In this document: positions 22,062-33,661 of the stretch, in pieces | Layout: each line of letters opens with the position of its first letter | How positions within the stretch are numbered: the first letter of the stretch is position 1 | Assembly (NCBI GenBank): GCA_963703505.1 | Contig: CAVPEL010000006.1 | Coordinates: 956,541 to 1,020,540, forward strand | DNA length: 64,000 nucleotides | Source of the DNA: an uncultured Actinomycetota bacterium | GTDB taxonomy: Bacteria; Actinomycetota; Actinomycetes; CAVPEL01 | Reading direction: 5' to 3' | Position numbers and translations under genes: made by a program | Notes under the pieces: model-generated | What the model saw: the letters and a program-made list of their open reading frames with translations, nothing else | The model's database searches: none | Told to the model about the DNA's origin: nothing

Positions 22062-23658
22062 TCACAGCGGGATGTTCCCGTGCTTCTTGGGCGGCAGCGT
22101 CTCCCGCTTGTTCGCCAGCGCCCGCAGCGCCCGCACCACCTGGACGCGCGTGGTGGACGGCGCGATGACGGCGTCCACGTAGCCACGCTCGGCGGCGATG
22201 TACGGGTTGGCCAGGGTGTCCTCGTAGTCGGCGATCAGCTCGGCCCGCCGCTGGACCGGGTCGGCCGCCTCGCGCAGCTCGCCTCGGTACAGGATGTTGA
22301 CCGCACCCTGCGCGCCCATGACCGCGATCTGGGCGGTCGGCCACGCGAGGTTGACGTCGGCGCCCAGGTGCTTGGAGCCCATGACGTCGTACGCACCGCC
22401 GTAAGCCTTGCGGGTGATGACGGTGACCAGCGGCACGGTCGCCTCGGCGTAGGCGAACAGCAGCTTGGCGCCGCGCCGGATGATGCCGTTCCACTCCTGG
22501 TCGGTGCCGGGCAGGAAGCCCGGGACGTCGACGAAGGTGAGCACCGGGATGTCGAACGCGTCGCAGGTGCGAACGAACCGCGCTGCCTTCTCGGATGCGT
22601 CGATGTCGAGACACCCGGCGCAGCTGCATCGGCTGGTTGGCGACGACGCCGACCGGAGCGGCCCTCGACCCGGCCGAACCCACAGATGATGTTCGGCGCG
22701 AACAGCGCCTGCACCTCGAGGAAGTCGGCGTCGTCGAGCACGTGCGCGATGACGGTGTGCATGTCGTACGGCTGGTTGGCCGAGTCCGGGATGAGCGTGT
22801 CCAGCGCGAGGTCGGTCTCGTCGACCTCCAGCGGCGCGTCGACGTCGAAGGTCGGCGCGCTCGGACATGTTGTTGCTCGGCAGGAAGGACAGCAGCGCCT
22901 TGACGTAGTCGATGGCGTCGTCCTCGTCGGTGGCCAGGTAGTGCGCGACGCCCGACTTGGTGTTGTGGGTGCGCGCGCCGCCGAGCTCCTCGAAGCCCGA
23001 CGTCCTCGCCGGTGACCGTCTTGATGACGTCCGGACCGGTGATGAACATGTGCGACGTCTGGTCGACCATGACGATGAAGTCGGTGATGGCGGGGGAGTA
23101 GACGGCGCCGCCGGCGCACGGCCCGAGCACCAGCGAGATCTGCGGGATCACCCCGGAGGCGTGCACGTTGCGCTTGAAGATCTCGGCGTACAGCCCGAGG
23201 GCGACGACGCCTTCCTGGATGCGCGCGCCGCCCGAGTCGTTGATGCCGATCATCGGGCAGCCGGTCTTCAGCGCGAAGTCCATGACCTTGACGATCTTCT
23301 CGCCGAAGACCTCGCCGAGGGAGCCGCCGAAGACGGTGAAGTCCTGGGAGAACACGGCGATCGGCCGGCCGTCGACGGTGCCGTAGCCGGTGACGACGCC
23401 GTCGCCGTAGGGCCGCTTCTTCTCCTGGCCGAAGCTGGTCGACCGGTGCCGGGCGAACGCGTCGAGCTCGACGAACGAGCCCTCGTCGAGCAGCGCGTCG
23501 ATCCGCTCGCGGGCGGTCATCTTGCCCTTGGCGTGCTGCTTGTCGACTGCGCGCGCGGAGGCGGCGTGCACGGCCTCGTCGCTGCGGCGGGTGAAGTCGG
23601 CGAGCTTGCCCGCGGTGGTGTGGACGTCGGCGGGTGGCTCCGAAGCGGTGGCTGCCAT
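22062..23658 (-). pseudogene. pccB: Propionyl-/acyl-CoA carboxylase beta subunit (carboxyltransferase, AccD5/PccB type); at least 3 frame breaks
   Basis: Starts [22 protein letters not shown] at 23658. Contains ...[18 protein letters not shown]...GGARIQEGV.... Continues in other frames ([32 protein letters not shown]; [36 protein letters not shown]). Ends ...KKHGNIPL. Confidence 0.9.
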
Positions 23659-23743
23659 GGCGGGTAGCGTAGCCGCGGCAGTTGATGTCTCGGTATTTGA
23701 GATCAAGATCTCAGAAGCCGACCAGATCGCTAGTCTGGTGAGC

Positions 23744-26371
23744 ATGGCAGCCCTCGACACGCGCGAGCGTGCCCGGCGCGACATGCCCGAGCCGCTGCGC
23801 CGCGATGTGCGCCTGCTCGGCGACCTGCTCGGCCAGGTGCTCCGCGAGTACGGCGGGCAGGGACTCCTCGACGACACCGAAGAGCTCCGGCATGCGGTGA
23901 TCGGCGTCCGCACCAGCGAACGCGACCCGCAAAGCGTCGTGGCCCTGGTCAACAGCTGGACCCTGGAACGAGCCGAAGAGGTGGCCCGGGCGTTCACCGT
24001 CTACTTCCACCTTGCCAACCTCGCCGAGGAGCGCCATCGGGTCCGCCTGCTGCGCGCCCGCGGCGCGGTGAGCACCAACCCGGCGGACTCCCTGGCCGGA
24101 GCCGCCGCCGAGCTCCGCCGTCTGCGGGGCGACGCCCACCTGGCGGCGAGCCTCGCCCAGCTGGAGCTGCACCCGGTGCTCACCGCGCATCCGACGGAGG
24201 CGCGTCGGCGCGCGGTGGTGACCGCGATCGGTCGGGTCGGTGAGCAGCTCGACCGCGTCGACGACCCGCGTGCCGGTGACGCCGAGCAGGCCGACGCCCA
24301 TCGCCGCCTGTTGGAGGAGATCGACATCCTGTGGCGGACCGCGCACCTGCGGTCGACCTCGATCGACCCGCTCGACGAGGTCCGTACCGCCATGGCGGTG
24401 TTCGACAAGACGCTGTTCCGCCTCGTGCCCAGCGCTCTACCGCACGCTCGAACAGGCGCTGACCGGCAGGCGACGAGGCGGCGCGACCGTCGTTCCCGCC
24501 GTTCCTGCGCTTCGGCAGCTGGGTCGGCGGCGACCGTGACGGGAACCCGCACGTGACCGCGGCGGTCACCTACGAGGCGCTGGCCATCCAGGCGGACCAC
24601 GTGCTGATCGCCCTGCAGGCGGCGACGGCGCGGATCGGCCGCACGCTCACCGCGGCGACGGTGACCACCCCGCCGAGCGCCGACCTGCGGCGCGCTCGAG
24701 CCAGGCGGCCGTCACCTACCCCGGCCCGATGGCCGAGCTGGCGCTGCGCTCGCCCGACGAGCCGCACCGCCAGTTGATGCTGCTCGCGGCGGAGCGGCTC
24801 GTGGCCACGAGGCGCCGCGATGCCGATCTCGGGTACCCCGGCCCAGCGGAGCTGCTCGCGGACCTGCGGATGGTGCAGGCCTCGCTCGCCGAGGCGGGCG
24901 CGCCGAGGCTCGCCTACGGCGAGCTGCAGCACCTCATCTGGCAGGTCGAGACGTTCGGCTTCCACCTCGCCGAGCTGGAGGTGCGCCAGCACTCCGCGGT
25001 CCACGCCACCGCACTCGAGGAGGTACGGGCCGGTGGTGCGCGCTCGGCAGCGACGCAGGAGGTTCTCGGCGACGCTGCAGGTGATGGCGGTCCTGCAGCA
25101 GCGGTTCGGCGTCGACGCGTGCCGCCGCTACGTCGTCAGCTTCACCCGGTCGGCGGCCGACATCGCCGCGGTCTACGAGCTGGCGGAGGTGGCGACGGAC
25201 GGGCGCCCACCGGTCCTGGATGTGGTGCCGCTCTTCGAGACCGGCGAAGACCTGGCGGCTGCCGATGGTGTGCTCGACGGTGTGCTGGCGCTGCCGGCGG
25301 TGCAGCGCCGGCTCGCGCAGACCGGTCGGCGGCTGGAGGTGATGCTCGGCTACTCCGACTCGGCCAAGGACGTCGGCCCGGTCACCGCGACGTTCGCCCA
25401 GTACGACGCGCAGGGGCGCTGGCGCAGTGGGCCAGGCCGCAACCAGCATCGTGCTGACCTTGTTCCACGGTCGCGGCGGTGCGCTCGGCCGAGGTGGCGG
25501 TCCGGCCAACCGGGCCGTGCTCAGCCAGGCGCCCGGGTCGGTCGACGGCCGGTTCAAGGTGACCGAGCAGGGCGAGGTCATCTTCGCCCGCTACGGCCAT
25601 CCGGTCATCGCGCACCGCCACCTCGACCAGGTGGCAGGCGCGGTGCTGCTCGCGTCGACGCCGGCGGTCGCCGAGCGGGCCCATACCGCCGCCCTGCGCT
25701 ACGCGTCGACGGCGGACGCGGTGAGCGACGCGGCCCGCACGGCCTACCTCTCCTTGGTGCGGACCGACGGCTTCGCCGAGTTCCTGTCGGCGGTGAGCCC
25801 GTTGGAGGAGATCGGGGCGCTGCGGCTCGGGTCGCGCCCGTCGCGCCGGTCGGCCGCCCGCGGCATCGAGGACCTGCGGGCGATCCCGTGGGTGTTCGCC
25901 TGGTCGCAGACGCGCTGCACGCTGCCGGGCTGGTACGGCCTTGGCTCGGGTCTCGCGGCGGTGGGGGACGTGGAGCTGCTGCGGGAGGCGTACCGGGCGT
26001 GGCCGCTGTTCGGCTCCTTGCTCGACAACGCCGAGATGAGCCTGGCCAAGGCCGACCGCGACATCGCTGATCGCCATTTCGACCTGGGCGGTCGGCCCGA
26101 CCTCGCCGCGACGATCCTGGCCGAGCTCGATCTCACCATCGAGTGGGTGCTGAAGGTGATGGGCCACACCCGCCTGCTCGAGGAGCGCGTCGTGCTCTCC
26201 CACGCGGTCGAGCTGCGCAACCCGTACGTCGATGCCTTGTCGCACCTGCAGCTGCGGGCGTTGTCGGCGCTGCGCGCGGGAGTCGACGACGCACAGGAGC
26301 GGGCCCGCACGGAGCGGCTGCTGCTGCTCACCGTCAACGGGGTCGCCGCCGGTCTGCAGAACACCGGCTGA
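23744..26371 (+). pseudogene. ppc: Phosphoenolpyruvate carboxylase; at least 4-5 frame breaks
   Basis: [33 protein letters not shown]..., [25 protein letters not shown] (other frame), GYSDSAKD, LFHGRGGALGRGGGP, and the C-terminal ...LLLLTVNGVAAGLQNTG. Pieces lie in ORFs 23522, 24240, 24553, 24729/24820 and 25427. Confidence 0.92.
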
Positions 26372-26415
26372 CCGTCGACTCCGGTGGCTGGAGCGACCGG
26401 ATCTAGGGTGCAGGT

Positions 26416-27237
26416 GTGCCCGACTCGCCGTACGCCGACCTGGACCGCCCCCCACTGGTCGAGCGCGCGTTGCGTCACGCGCTGGTCTACGACGGCTCGT
26501 TGTGGAACGAGGTGACCGTCGTGGACCAGACCGGTTCGACCAACTCCGACCTCGCCGCGCGGGCCCGCCACGGCGCTGCTGAGGGCGCGGTGCTCGTCGC
26601 CGAGGAGCAGGTCACCGGCCGAGGCAGGTTGGATCGGACCTGGACGGCACCGCCCCGCTCGGGCCTCGCCTTCTCCATGCTGCTGCGACCGACGGATGTC
26701 CCGGCGTCGCGCTGGCCGCTGCTCCCGCTGCTGGTGGGGCTTGCCGTTGCCGATGCGGTCCGTCAGATCGCCGAGGTCGACGCGGTCCTCAAGTGGCCGA
26801 ACGACCTGCTGGTGGACGGCGGCAAGCTCGCCGGGATCCTCGCCGAGCGGGTCGACTCGCCGGCCGGACCGGCGGTCGTCGTCGGCGTCGGCCTCAACGT
26901 GACGACCCGGGCCGCCGAACTGCCCACGCCCACCGCGACGTCGCTGGCCCTGGCTGGTGCCTCGGTCACCGATCGCGACACGCTGCTGAGGGCGGCTCTG
27001 CGCGAGATCGAGCGCAGCTACTTCGTCTGGTGCGACGCCCAGGGTGATCCTGAGTCGACCTTCCTACCGGCCTACCGCGAACGGTGCGACACCGTGGGCC
27101 GGCAGGTGCGCGTCGAGCTGCCGGGGAGTCAGCTGGTGGGCACGGCGACGGGCGTCGAGGAGTCGGGTCAGCTCGTCGTCGAGACCGAGGCGGGTCAGGT
27201 GCGCGTCGGGGCCGGGGATGTCATTCACGTCAGATGA
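26416..27237 (+). CDS. birA: Biotin--[acetyl-CoA-carboxylase] ligase
   Basis: 273 aa. ...VDQTGSTNSDL...AEEQVTGRGRLDRTWTAPPRSGLAFSMLLRP...KWPNDLL.... Sits in the conserved position next to accD5. Confidence 0.9.
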   Translation: MPDSPYADLDRPPLVERALRHALVYDGSLWNEVTVVDQTGSTNSDLAARARHGAAEGAVLVAEEQVTGRGRLDRTWTAPPRSGLAFSMLLRPTDVPASRWPLLPLLVGLAVADAVRQIAEVDAVLKWPNDLLVDGGKLAGILAERVDSPAGPAVVVGVGLNVTTRAAELPTPTATSLALAGASVTDRDTLLRAALREIERSYFVWCDAQGDPESTFLPAYRERCDTVGRQVRVELPGSQLVGTATGVEESGQLVVETEAGQVRVGAGDVIHVR

Positions 27238-27264
27238 CACGCGATCGACGGCTGGCATGCCACG

Positions 27265-27810
27265 ATGCCGGGCATGACCTTGCCGATGTCCGATGAAGAG
27301 ACGGTTGTCCTGCGGCTCCATCCGCACTGGGTGACCTTGGTGCGCCCTGTCCTCGTGCTGCTGGTCACCGCAGCCGTCGCGGCGTTCGCTGCCGCCAAGA
27401 TCCCGAGCGGTTCCTGGCAGGGGGCCGGCCGCCTCGCTGTGCTGGCTGTTGCACTCCTCGTCCTCGTCGTCTGGACGGTCACGCCGTACCTGAAGTGGCT
27501 CACGACCCGCTACGTGCTGACCACGCAGCGCCTGATCATCCGGACCGGCATCGTCGCGCGGCATGGCCGCGACGTCCCGCTCAACCGGATCAACGACGTG
27601 TCGTTCTCCGAGACCCTGCTGGAGCGGATGCTGCGCAGCGGAAGCCTCGTCGTCGAGTCGGCCGGCGAGCGTGGCCAGATCACGCTCGCCCAGGTGCCGC
27701 GGGTCGAGCACGTGCAGCGGGAGCTGTACCGGATGGTCGAGGCGCAGGACGAACACGAGCAGCATCGCCATGACGCCGCGCCCGACACTCCGAGGCTGTC
27801 CGAGCAGTAG
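27265..27810 (+). CDS. Membrane protein with bacterial PH (bPH_2/YdbS-like) domain
   Basis: Two TM helices, then YVLTTQRLIIRTGIVARHGRDVPLNRINDVSFSETLLERMLRSGSLVVESAG. Confidence 0.8.
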   Translation: MPGMTLPMSDEETVVLRLHPHWVTLVRPVLVLLVTAAVAAFAAAKIPSGSWQGAGRLAVLAVALLVLVVWTVTPYLKWLTTRYVLTTQRLIIRTGIVARHGRDVPLNRINDVSFSETLLERMLRSGSLVVESAGERGQITLAQVPRVEHVQRELYRMVEAQDEHEQHRHDAAPDTPRLSEQ

Positions 27811-27872
27811 GTCGCCGCCCGACCGGCAGGGCCCGGATCACCGAGGCGCTCGTGCCGCGCTAGCCTCGGCGG

Positions 27873-28691
27873 GTGACTACGAACACCACGGCGCCGACCG
27901 CAGCGTCCACCTCCGTCGACGGCATCACTGTCCACCGCTTCGGCCATGTCGCCGAGATCGTGCTGGACCGGCCCGAGCGGCACAACGCCCTGTCCACCGC
28001 GATGGCGAAGGCGCTGGGGGAGGCCACCACGGCACTCGCCGCCGACGCCGACGTGCGCGCCGTCGTGCTGTCCGCCGCCGGTGAGAAGGCGTTCTGCGTC
28101 GGCGCCGACCTGAAGGAGCGCAACTCCTACAGCGACGCCGACCTGCTGCGCCAGCGGCCGATCTTCCGCGCCGCGTTCGGCGGGGTGCTGCGGCTGCCGA
28201 TGCCGACGATCGCGGCGGTGCACGGCTTCGCCCTCGGCGGCGGTTTCGAGTTCGCGCTGTCCTGCGACCTCATCGTCGCCGAGTCCACCGCGGTGTTCGG
28301 GCTCACCGAGGTCACCGTCGGGGTCCTCCCCGGTGGTGGCGGCACCCAGCTGCTCGGCCGGCGCATCGGTGCCTCCCGCGCGGCTGACCTGATCTTCACC
28401 GGCCGCAAGGTCGACATCGACGAGGCCGAACGGCTCGGCCTGGTCGACCGCCGGGTCGAGGCAGGACAGGCCCGGACCGCAGCGCTCGCGCTCGCCGAGC
28501 AGATCGCGGCCAACTCGCCGGTCGGCGTGCGCAACGCGAAGCGGGCGCTGGTGCTCGGCGCGGGCACCTCGCTGGAGGCGGGCCTGGACATCGAGGACGG
28601 CGCGTGGCGCGCCACCGCGTTCTCCGGTGACCGCAAGGAAGGCGTCGCCGCGTTCAACGAGAAGCGCCGCCCGAACTGGCCGGGGGTCTGA
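27873..28691 (+). CDS. Enoyl-CoA hydratase/isomerase family protein (possibly methylglutaconyl-CoA hydratase)
   Basis: 272 aa. ...IVLDRPERHNALS...AFCVGADLKER...AAVHGFALGGGFEFALSCDL.... The stop overlaps the lyase start (TGACATG context). Confidence 0.85.
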   Translation: MTTNTTAPTAASTSVDGITVHRFGHVAEIVLDRPERHNALSTAMAKALGEATTALAADADVRAVVLSAAGEKAFCVGADLKERNSYSDADLLRQRPIFRAAFGGVLRLPMPTIAAVHGFALGGGFEFALSCDLIVAESTAVFGLTEVTVGVLPGGGGTQLLGRRIGASRAADLIFTGRKVDIDEAERLGLVDRRVEAGQARTAALALAEQIAANSPVGVRNAKRALVLGAGTSLEAGLDIEDGAWRATAFSGDRKEGVAAFNEKRRPNWPGV

Positions 28692-28692
28692 C

Positions 28693-29626
28693 ATGAGCGA
28701 CCTGCCCAAGGCGATCAGCCTGCGCGAGGTCGGCCCGCGCGACGGGCTGCAGAACGAGGCGCCGGTGCCGACCGAGGCGAAGGTGGCCCTCATCGACGCG
28801 CTGTCGCAAGACCGGCGTGAGCCGGATCGAGGCGGTGAGCTTCGTCCACCCCAAGGCGATCCCGCAGATGGCCGACGCGGACGAGGTCTGGAACCAGATC
28901 CTGCGCAGCGACGACGTCCGCTACTCGGCGCTGGTACCCAACCTGAAGGGCGCCGAGCGCGCGCTGGCGGCCGGGTTCCGCGAGATCGAGGTCGTGGTGT
29001 CCGCCTCGGACACCCACAACCGCAAGAACGTGAACCGCTCCACCGAGGAGTCGCTCGACGACATCGCGCAGATCCTTAGCGCCGCCCACGCGGTCGGTGC
29101 CACGTGCCAGGTCATCGTCTCCACCGCGTGGGGCTGCCCGTATGAGGGTGAGGTGCCGATCGAGCGGGTCGTCGGCGTGGCCAAGCGCGCGGTCGCCGAC
29201 GGCGCGGACGGGATCTCCTACGGCGACACGACCGGCATGGCGACGCCGACCCGGGTGACCGCTCTGGTGGGCGAGACCCGCCTGGCGCTACCTGACAGCC
29301 CGCTGAACCTGCACTTCCACAACACCCGCGGCACCGGCCTGGCCAACGTGCTGGCCGCGCTGCAGCTCGGGGTGAGCGACTTCGACGCAAGCGTCGGCGG
29401 CCTCGGCGGTTGTCCGTACGCACCCGGGGCGACCGGCAACATCGCGACCGAGGAGCTCATCCACATGGTGGAGGACATGGGCGTGGCGACCGGGGTCGAT
29501 CTCGAGGCGATGATCGAGGCGGCGCGCGAGGCGGAGCGCCTGGTCGGTCGGACACTCCCGTCGCAGGTGCTGCGGGCTGGTCCGCGAACCAGGACGATTT
29601 CTGCCGTCGATCCTTCCTGCGGCTGA
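28693..29626 (+). pseudogene. Hydroxymethylglutaryl-CoA lyase (one inserted base near 28810)
   Basis: MSDLPKAISLREVGPRDGLQNE...LIDALSQ | (T)GVSRIEAVSFVHPKAIPQM ... HFHNTRGTGLANVLAALQLGV..FDASVGGLGGCPYAPGATGN. Removing one 'a' in tcgcaagacc restores the frame. Confidence 0.9.
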
Positions 29627-29759
29627 CCGATCGCAGATCGGCGGTGACGGCCCGCTAGGGCAAATACCGCGAATCTTTGCGCCTTCTGGACCTGAGGCGA
29701 CCGCTCGACGGTGCCGATAGCACCTGCGAGGGGATCGGTCAGAGGAGGCGGGGTCAGCG

Positions 29760-31478
29760 ATGGCGACCGGTAGCGGCGCGCGGACGAGCGCGGGTTCGAC
29801 ACGTCGGGTGTTGTCCCTGCCCGAGCTTGGTCTGCTGGGCGTCCTTGCCGAAATCGCGGCGGCTACCGGTGGTGCCCGCACGGTTCGCGAAGTCGTCGAG
29901 CTCAGCGCCCCGCTCGCGAGGCGGGCGCTGGACGCGGATGCTCTGTCCATCGGTGTGTGGGAGCGGGAGACCGGGCTGCTGCGCATGCTGGTGAACGACG
30001 GCCAGCTCCCGGCCGGCCGCCAGCAGTTTCCCGTCGACGAGCTGTACCGGGTGAGCGACTACCCGCTCCTGGCCGGACTGGAGGCCGGTGGCCGTGGCCA
30101 CCTGGACTCGCTGGATGACGAGGGCACCGAGCCGTCGGAGGCTGAGATCCTTCGCGCGGACGGGATGCAGCACGCCGTCGCAGTTCCGGTGCGGGTGCTC
30201 GATCGGACCTGGGGTGAGCTCTACGCGGCCCGCCGCCCGGGGCGTGCCCAGTTCGGCGAGATGGAGCGCGAGCTGGCGATCACGATCGCCGCGTTGATCG
30301 CCGCGGGTCTGGGTCAGGTGCGTCACCTCGAGCGCGTCAGCCGCCTGGCCTACGAAGACGCGCTCACCGGCCTTGCCAACCGCCGCTCGGTCGACGACCA
30401 CCTGGACAAGGCGATGGAGCTGCATCGCACGACGGGCACCCCGGTCAGCCTCGTGGTCTGCGACGTCAACGGGCTCAAGGAGGTGAACGACGAGCAGGGA
30501 CACGCGGCGGGTGACCAGCTGTTGGTCAGTGTGGCCGACGCGTTGAGCCTGACGGCCGCGTCGGCGCCAGGTGTGGTGGCCGGTCGGCTCGGCGGCGACG
30601 AGTTCTGCCTGCTGATGGTGGGAACGGACCTGGCCACAGCTGTCCAGGCCGCGGAGGAGCTCTGCCGTCGGACACGGCGGTTGCACGGGGGTGCCGGTGT
30701 CGCCTGCGGGGTCGCCTCAACTGACGACAGTGGCCGGTACGAGCTAGGGACGCCTGGCCAGCTCTTCCGGCTGGCCGATGCCGCGCAGTACCGGGCGAAG
30801 CGCGCCGCATCGACGGTTCCCGTCGTCGCCGGGCGAACCATGGCGGGTGAGGCGGACGGCGATCTGGAGGCCGGATCGGCGGGCGTCGGCGTGGGCTCAG
30901 ACCGTCGGGCCACGCGGAGGCGGCGCGGGATCGATGTCGCTAGCGCGCTCGCCGAGGGTCTGATCGAGCTCGATGGTGTCTCGTCGGCGCAGCGGCACCC
31001 CTCGGGCGACGCGATGGTCGTGGAGTGCCTCACGGCGGTGGCCAACGCGATAGCTCGCCGCGTCGACGCCTCGGGATGGTGGGTGTCGCGGGCGGACCTG
31101 ACCGCACGCACGCTCGTGACGGTAGCCAACTCGGTGCCTCGGTACTCCGACCAGGCGTCGCCGTGGCATCGGCCGCAGCTTGAGGTTGGTGCGGAGTTCG
31201 CGCTTGACGACTACCCCACGACCGAGCGGGCGATCCGCGGTGGGTCGTTCTCGCTCGTCGTCGGCCGACCAGGCAACGACCTCGCTGAGGAGGTGCTTGT
31301 GCTGGCCAGCGGCAACATCGCCATGGTCGCGGCTGGTGGGACGGTCGACGGGGCGGGGTGGCTGGTCGAGTTCTACGCCGACGAGCTCAGCTCATCACTC
31401 GAGGGTGTCGGACCGGTTCTGCGGGCGTTGATCGCCGCGGCGTTGGTGCGCTCGACCCACGTCCCCGTCATGAGCTGA
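29760..31478 (+). CDS. GAF-GGDEF diguanylate cyclase with an additional C-terminal GAF-like domain
   Basis: 572 aa. RLAYEDALTGLANRR...VVCDVNGLKEVNDEQGHAAGDQLL...GRLGGDEFCLLM (GGDEF motif). Confidence 0.85.
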   Translation: MATGSGARTSAGSTRRVLSLPELGLLGVLAEIAAATGGARTVREVVELSAPLARRALDADALSIGVWERETGLLRMLVNDGQLPAGRQQFPVDELYRVSDYPLLAGLEAGGRGHLDSLDDEGTEPSEAEILRADGMQHAVAVPVRVLDRTWGELYAARRPGRAQFGEMERELAITIAALIAAGLGQVRHLERVSRLAYEDALTGLANRRSVDDHLDKAMELHRTTGTPVSLVVCDVNGLKEVNDEQGHAAGDQLLVSVADALSLTAASAPGVVAGRLGGDEFCLLMVGTDLATAVQAAEELCRRTRRLHGGAGVACGVASTDDSGRYELGTPGQLFRLADAAQYRAKRAASTVPVVAGRTMAGEADGDLEAGSAGVGVGSDRRATRRRRGIDVASALAEGLIELDGVSSAQRHPSGDAMVVECLTAVANAIARRVDASGWWVSRADLTARTLVTVANSVPRYSDQASPWHRPQLEVGAEFALDDYPTTERAIRGGSFSLVVGRPGNDLAEEVLVLASGNIAMVAAGGTVDGAGWLVEFYADELSSSLEGVGPVLRALIAAALVRSTHVPVMS

Positions 31479-32946
31479 CCAGCTCGGTGAGCCCGGTCAT
31501 CGTGCCGACCAGCACGGTGCCCGCGTCCAAGGTGGGCGTGGCGAACCGTGACGTCACGCCGACGTCGACGCTTGTCCGCACCGCGCCGGAGGCGGCGTCC
31601 AGCACGTAGAGCCGGCCGCCTGCGGGGTCGAGCGTGAACACGCCTGTGCCGCCCACCACCGGTGATCCGGTGATGTTCCCCGGTGCCTGCCAGACGGGCG
31701 TGAGCGTGGTGGAACCGACCGACACCGCTCGCACGCCACTGGTGCAGGGGACGAAGAGCACCCCTGCCGCGTAGGCCATCCCGCCGAAGGAGGCGCATCC
31801 GCTCGCCGCGGCGACCGGATGGCCGATGCCGCCGAGCGCGCCCTGACGGAGCAGGTAGATCGTGCCCGCCTTGCCTGCGGCGGCGAGCAGACCACCGGGC
31901 AGCAGCACCGGACCGGTCGACCCGAGGTCCAGGTCGGCGGCGTTCTCCTGCGCCCAGGACGATGGCGCGAAGAAGGACACCGGACGTGCCCCCGCGAGCT
32001 CGACCACCGAGTCGCTGCCGTCGTACGGCGGGCCGGTGGAGGCGCCGTTCCCGACGGAGACGTACAGGTGGCCGGAGCCGTCGGCGGCCGGCCCGGACGG
32101 CGCCCAGATCCCGGCCTCGCGCTGGCTCGGTGTCTGGTAGACGGCGAGGGGCCCCATGCCGGACGAAGGCACGCCGACGACGTAGCCGTGGTAGGGCCCG
32201 CAGTCGCCGTACAACCCGCCGTAGGCCACCCACACCGTGCCGCCGGTCAGCGCGAGGGCGGCGCGCTGCTGCTCGACGGCGACGGCTGCTCCTGGCGGGT
32301 CGACGACCCGGGTGAACCGCACGGCTCCACTCGCCGGGTCGACAGCGACCAGGACGTGGCGCAGCGGGTTCGAGGTGAAGGTGACCGCATAGACGGTGTC
32401 GGTGGTCGGGTTGAACACGGGAGTGCCGGTGATCCCGGTCGGGTCGATGTCGCCGCAGGGCAGCGCGGATTGCGGCACCGGCGGACCGACGTTCACGCGC
32501 CACGCGACGGCGGCGCCGCGAATCCCGTAGAGCGAACCACCTTCGGTGGCGACGATGACGGTCCCGCCGACCACGAGCGGTTCGGCGTAGACCGCGCCGT
32601 CGAGCTGGAAGTGGCGAACCAGACGCAGTGTGGAGGCGGTCGGGTAGTCCGGGGCGACGCCGGTGCGCGCCGCGTTGCCGTGGTAGGTCGGCCAGCCTGT
32701 GGCGCTGGCGTTCGTGGTGGTGCTGGCTGGTGCGGTGGGCGCGGCAGTCTGGGTGGCAGTAGCCGTCTGTGACGGGGTGGAAGGCGGGGTCCGCGACGGG
32801 ACACCGGTCGCCGTGGCGCTCGGGGTAGGCCTGGGTGTGGAGGTGCTCCCGCAGGCCGTCGCGGCAAGGAGGACGGCGCCCAGCAGCGCAGCGGCCGGGC
32901 CACGCACGGGGGCCACGTCGTCAGTGTGCCCACGACGGCTGGGCAC
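31468..32946 (-). CDS. PQQ-like/BamB-type beta-propeller repeat lipoprotein
   Basis: 492 aa. Lipobox LLAATACGS, a Thr/Pro-rich linker, then repeated G.VY....GG.L.A.D...G propeller blades. The 3' end overlaps the GGDEF gene by 11 bp (convergent). Confidence 0.7.
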   Translation of the reverse strand: MPSRRGHTDDVAPVRGPAAALLGAVLLAATACGSTSTPRPTPSATATGVPSRTPPSTPSQTATATQTAAPTAPASTTTNASATGWPTYHGNAARTGVAPDYPTASTLRLVRHFQLDGAVYAEPLVVGGTVIVATEGGSLYGIRGAAVAWRVNVGPPVPQSALPCGDIDPTGITGTPVFNPTTDTVYAVTFTSNPLRHVLVAVDPASGAVRFTRVVDPPGAAVAVEQQRAALALTGGTVWVAYGGLYGDCGPYHGYVVGVPSSGMGPLAVYQTPSQREAGIWAPSGPAADGSGHLYVSVGNGASTGPPYDGSDSVVELAGARPVSFFAPSSWAQENAADLDLGSTGPVLLPGGLLAAAGKAGTIYLLRQGALGGIGHPVAAASGCASFGGMAYAAGVLFVPCTSGVRAVSVGSTTLTPVWQAPGNITGSPVVGGTGVFTLDPAGGRLYVLDAASGAVRTSVDVGVTSRFATPTLDAGTVLVGTMTGLTELVSS

Positions 32947-32976
32947 GAAAGCGCCTGCACTCCAGCGCTGCGCCCG

Positions 32977-33607
32977 CTAGCGCAGCTGGCCCACGAACTC
33001 GACGATGAGCGCCACCCCAGCGAGGGCGAGCAGCAGGCCCGCACCGACCAGCACCCTGCGGTAGCCGTTAGTGGACAGCCGCCCCCGGCTGAGCCCGACC
33101 AGCGCGGCGAGCACCACCTTGGTGCCGACGATGAGGGCGTAGAAGCCGACGATGAACGCTGCCCCGCGGACCGGCGCCAACCGCCAGGCCGACACCAGCA
33201 GCGGGCCGCCCACCCCGATCCAGAACAGCCACGGGTGCGGGTTCAGGTAGTTGACGGCGATCGCCTGCCGCAGCAGGCGGCCGTCGCCGCAGGTGCCCGC
33301 CCGCCTCAGGCGTCAGCCCGGCGGACAGATCCGCCGTCCGCGCCTCGCGGGCAGTCTGGGCGCCCAGGCCGAGCAGGAGCAGCCCGCCGGCGAGCGTCAG
33401 CCAGGTGACGACGCTGTGCGGCAGGGCGGCGACCACGGTCAGACACAGGAGCACCAGCGGAAGATCCGACAGCACCGGCACGAACGAGATCCGTGCGCCG
33501 GTGCGAAAGCCGCGGCGCAAGGTGCCGGTGATCACCAAGCCCATCAACGGCCCTGGGGCGATGCCGGCCCCGAATCCGAGGGCGATGCCGAGGGCCAGCT
33601 GTTCCAT
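32977..33607 (-). pseudogene. LysE/RhtB family amino-acid exporter (one frame break near 33290)
   Basis: MEQLALGIALGFGAGIAPGPLMGLVITGTLRRG... joins ORF 32977..33213 (...LVSAWRLAPVRGAAFIVGFYALIVGTKVVLAALVG...). Confidence 0.8.
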
Positions 33608-33661
33608 GGTGCGGCGAGGCTACGCGACGCGGTGGACCCCACGGCCGATACCCTCCCGGTC

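Noticed and set aside
23744-26371. ppc as a horizontally inserted gene between accD5 and birA.
   Set aside because: Its GC content and codon style are indistinguishable from the neighbours, and there are no flanking repeats or mobility genes. This is probably just lineage-specific gene order.
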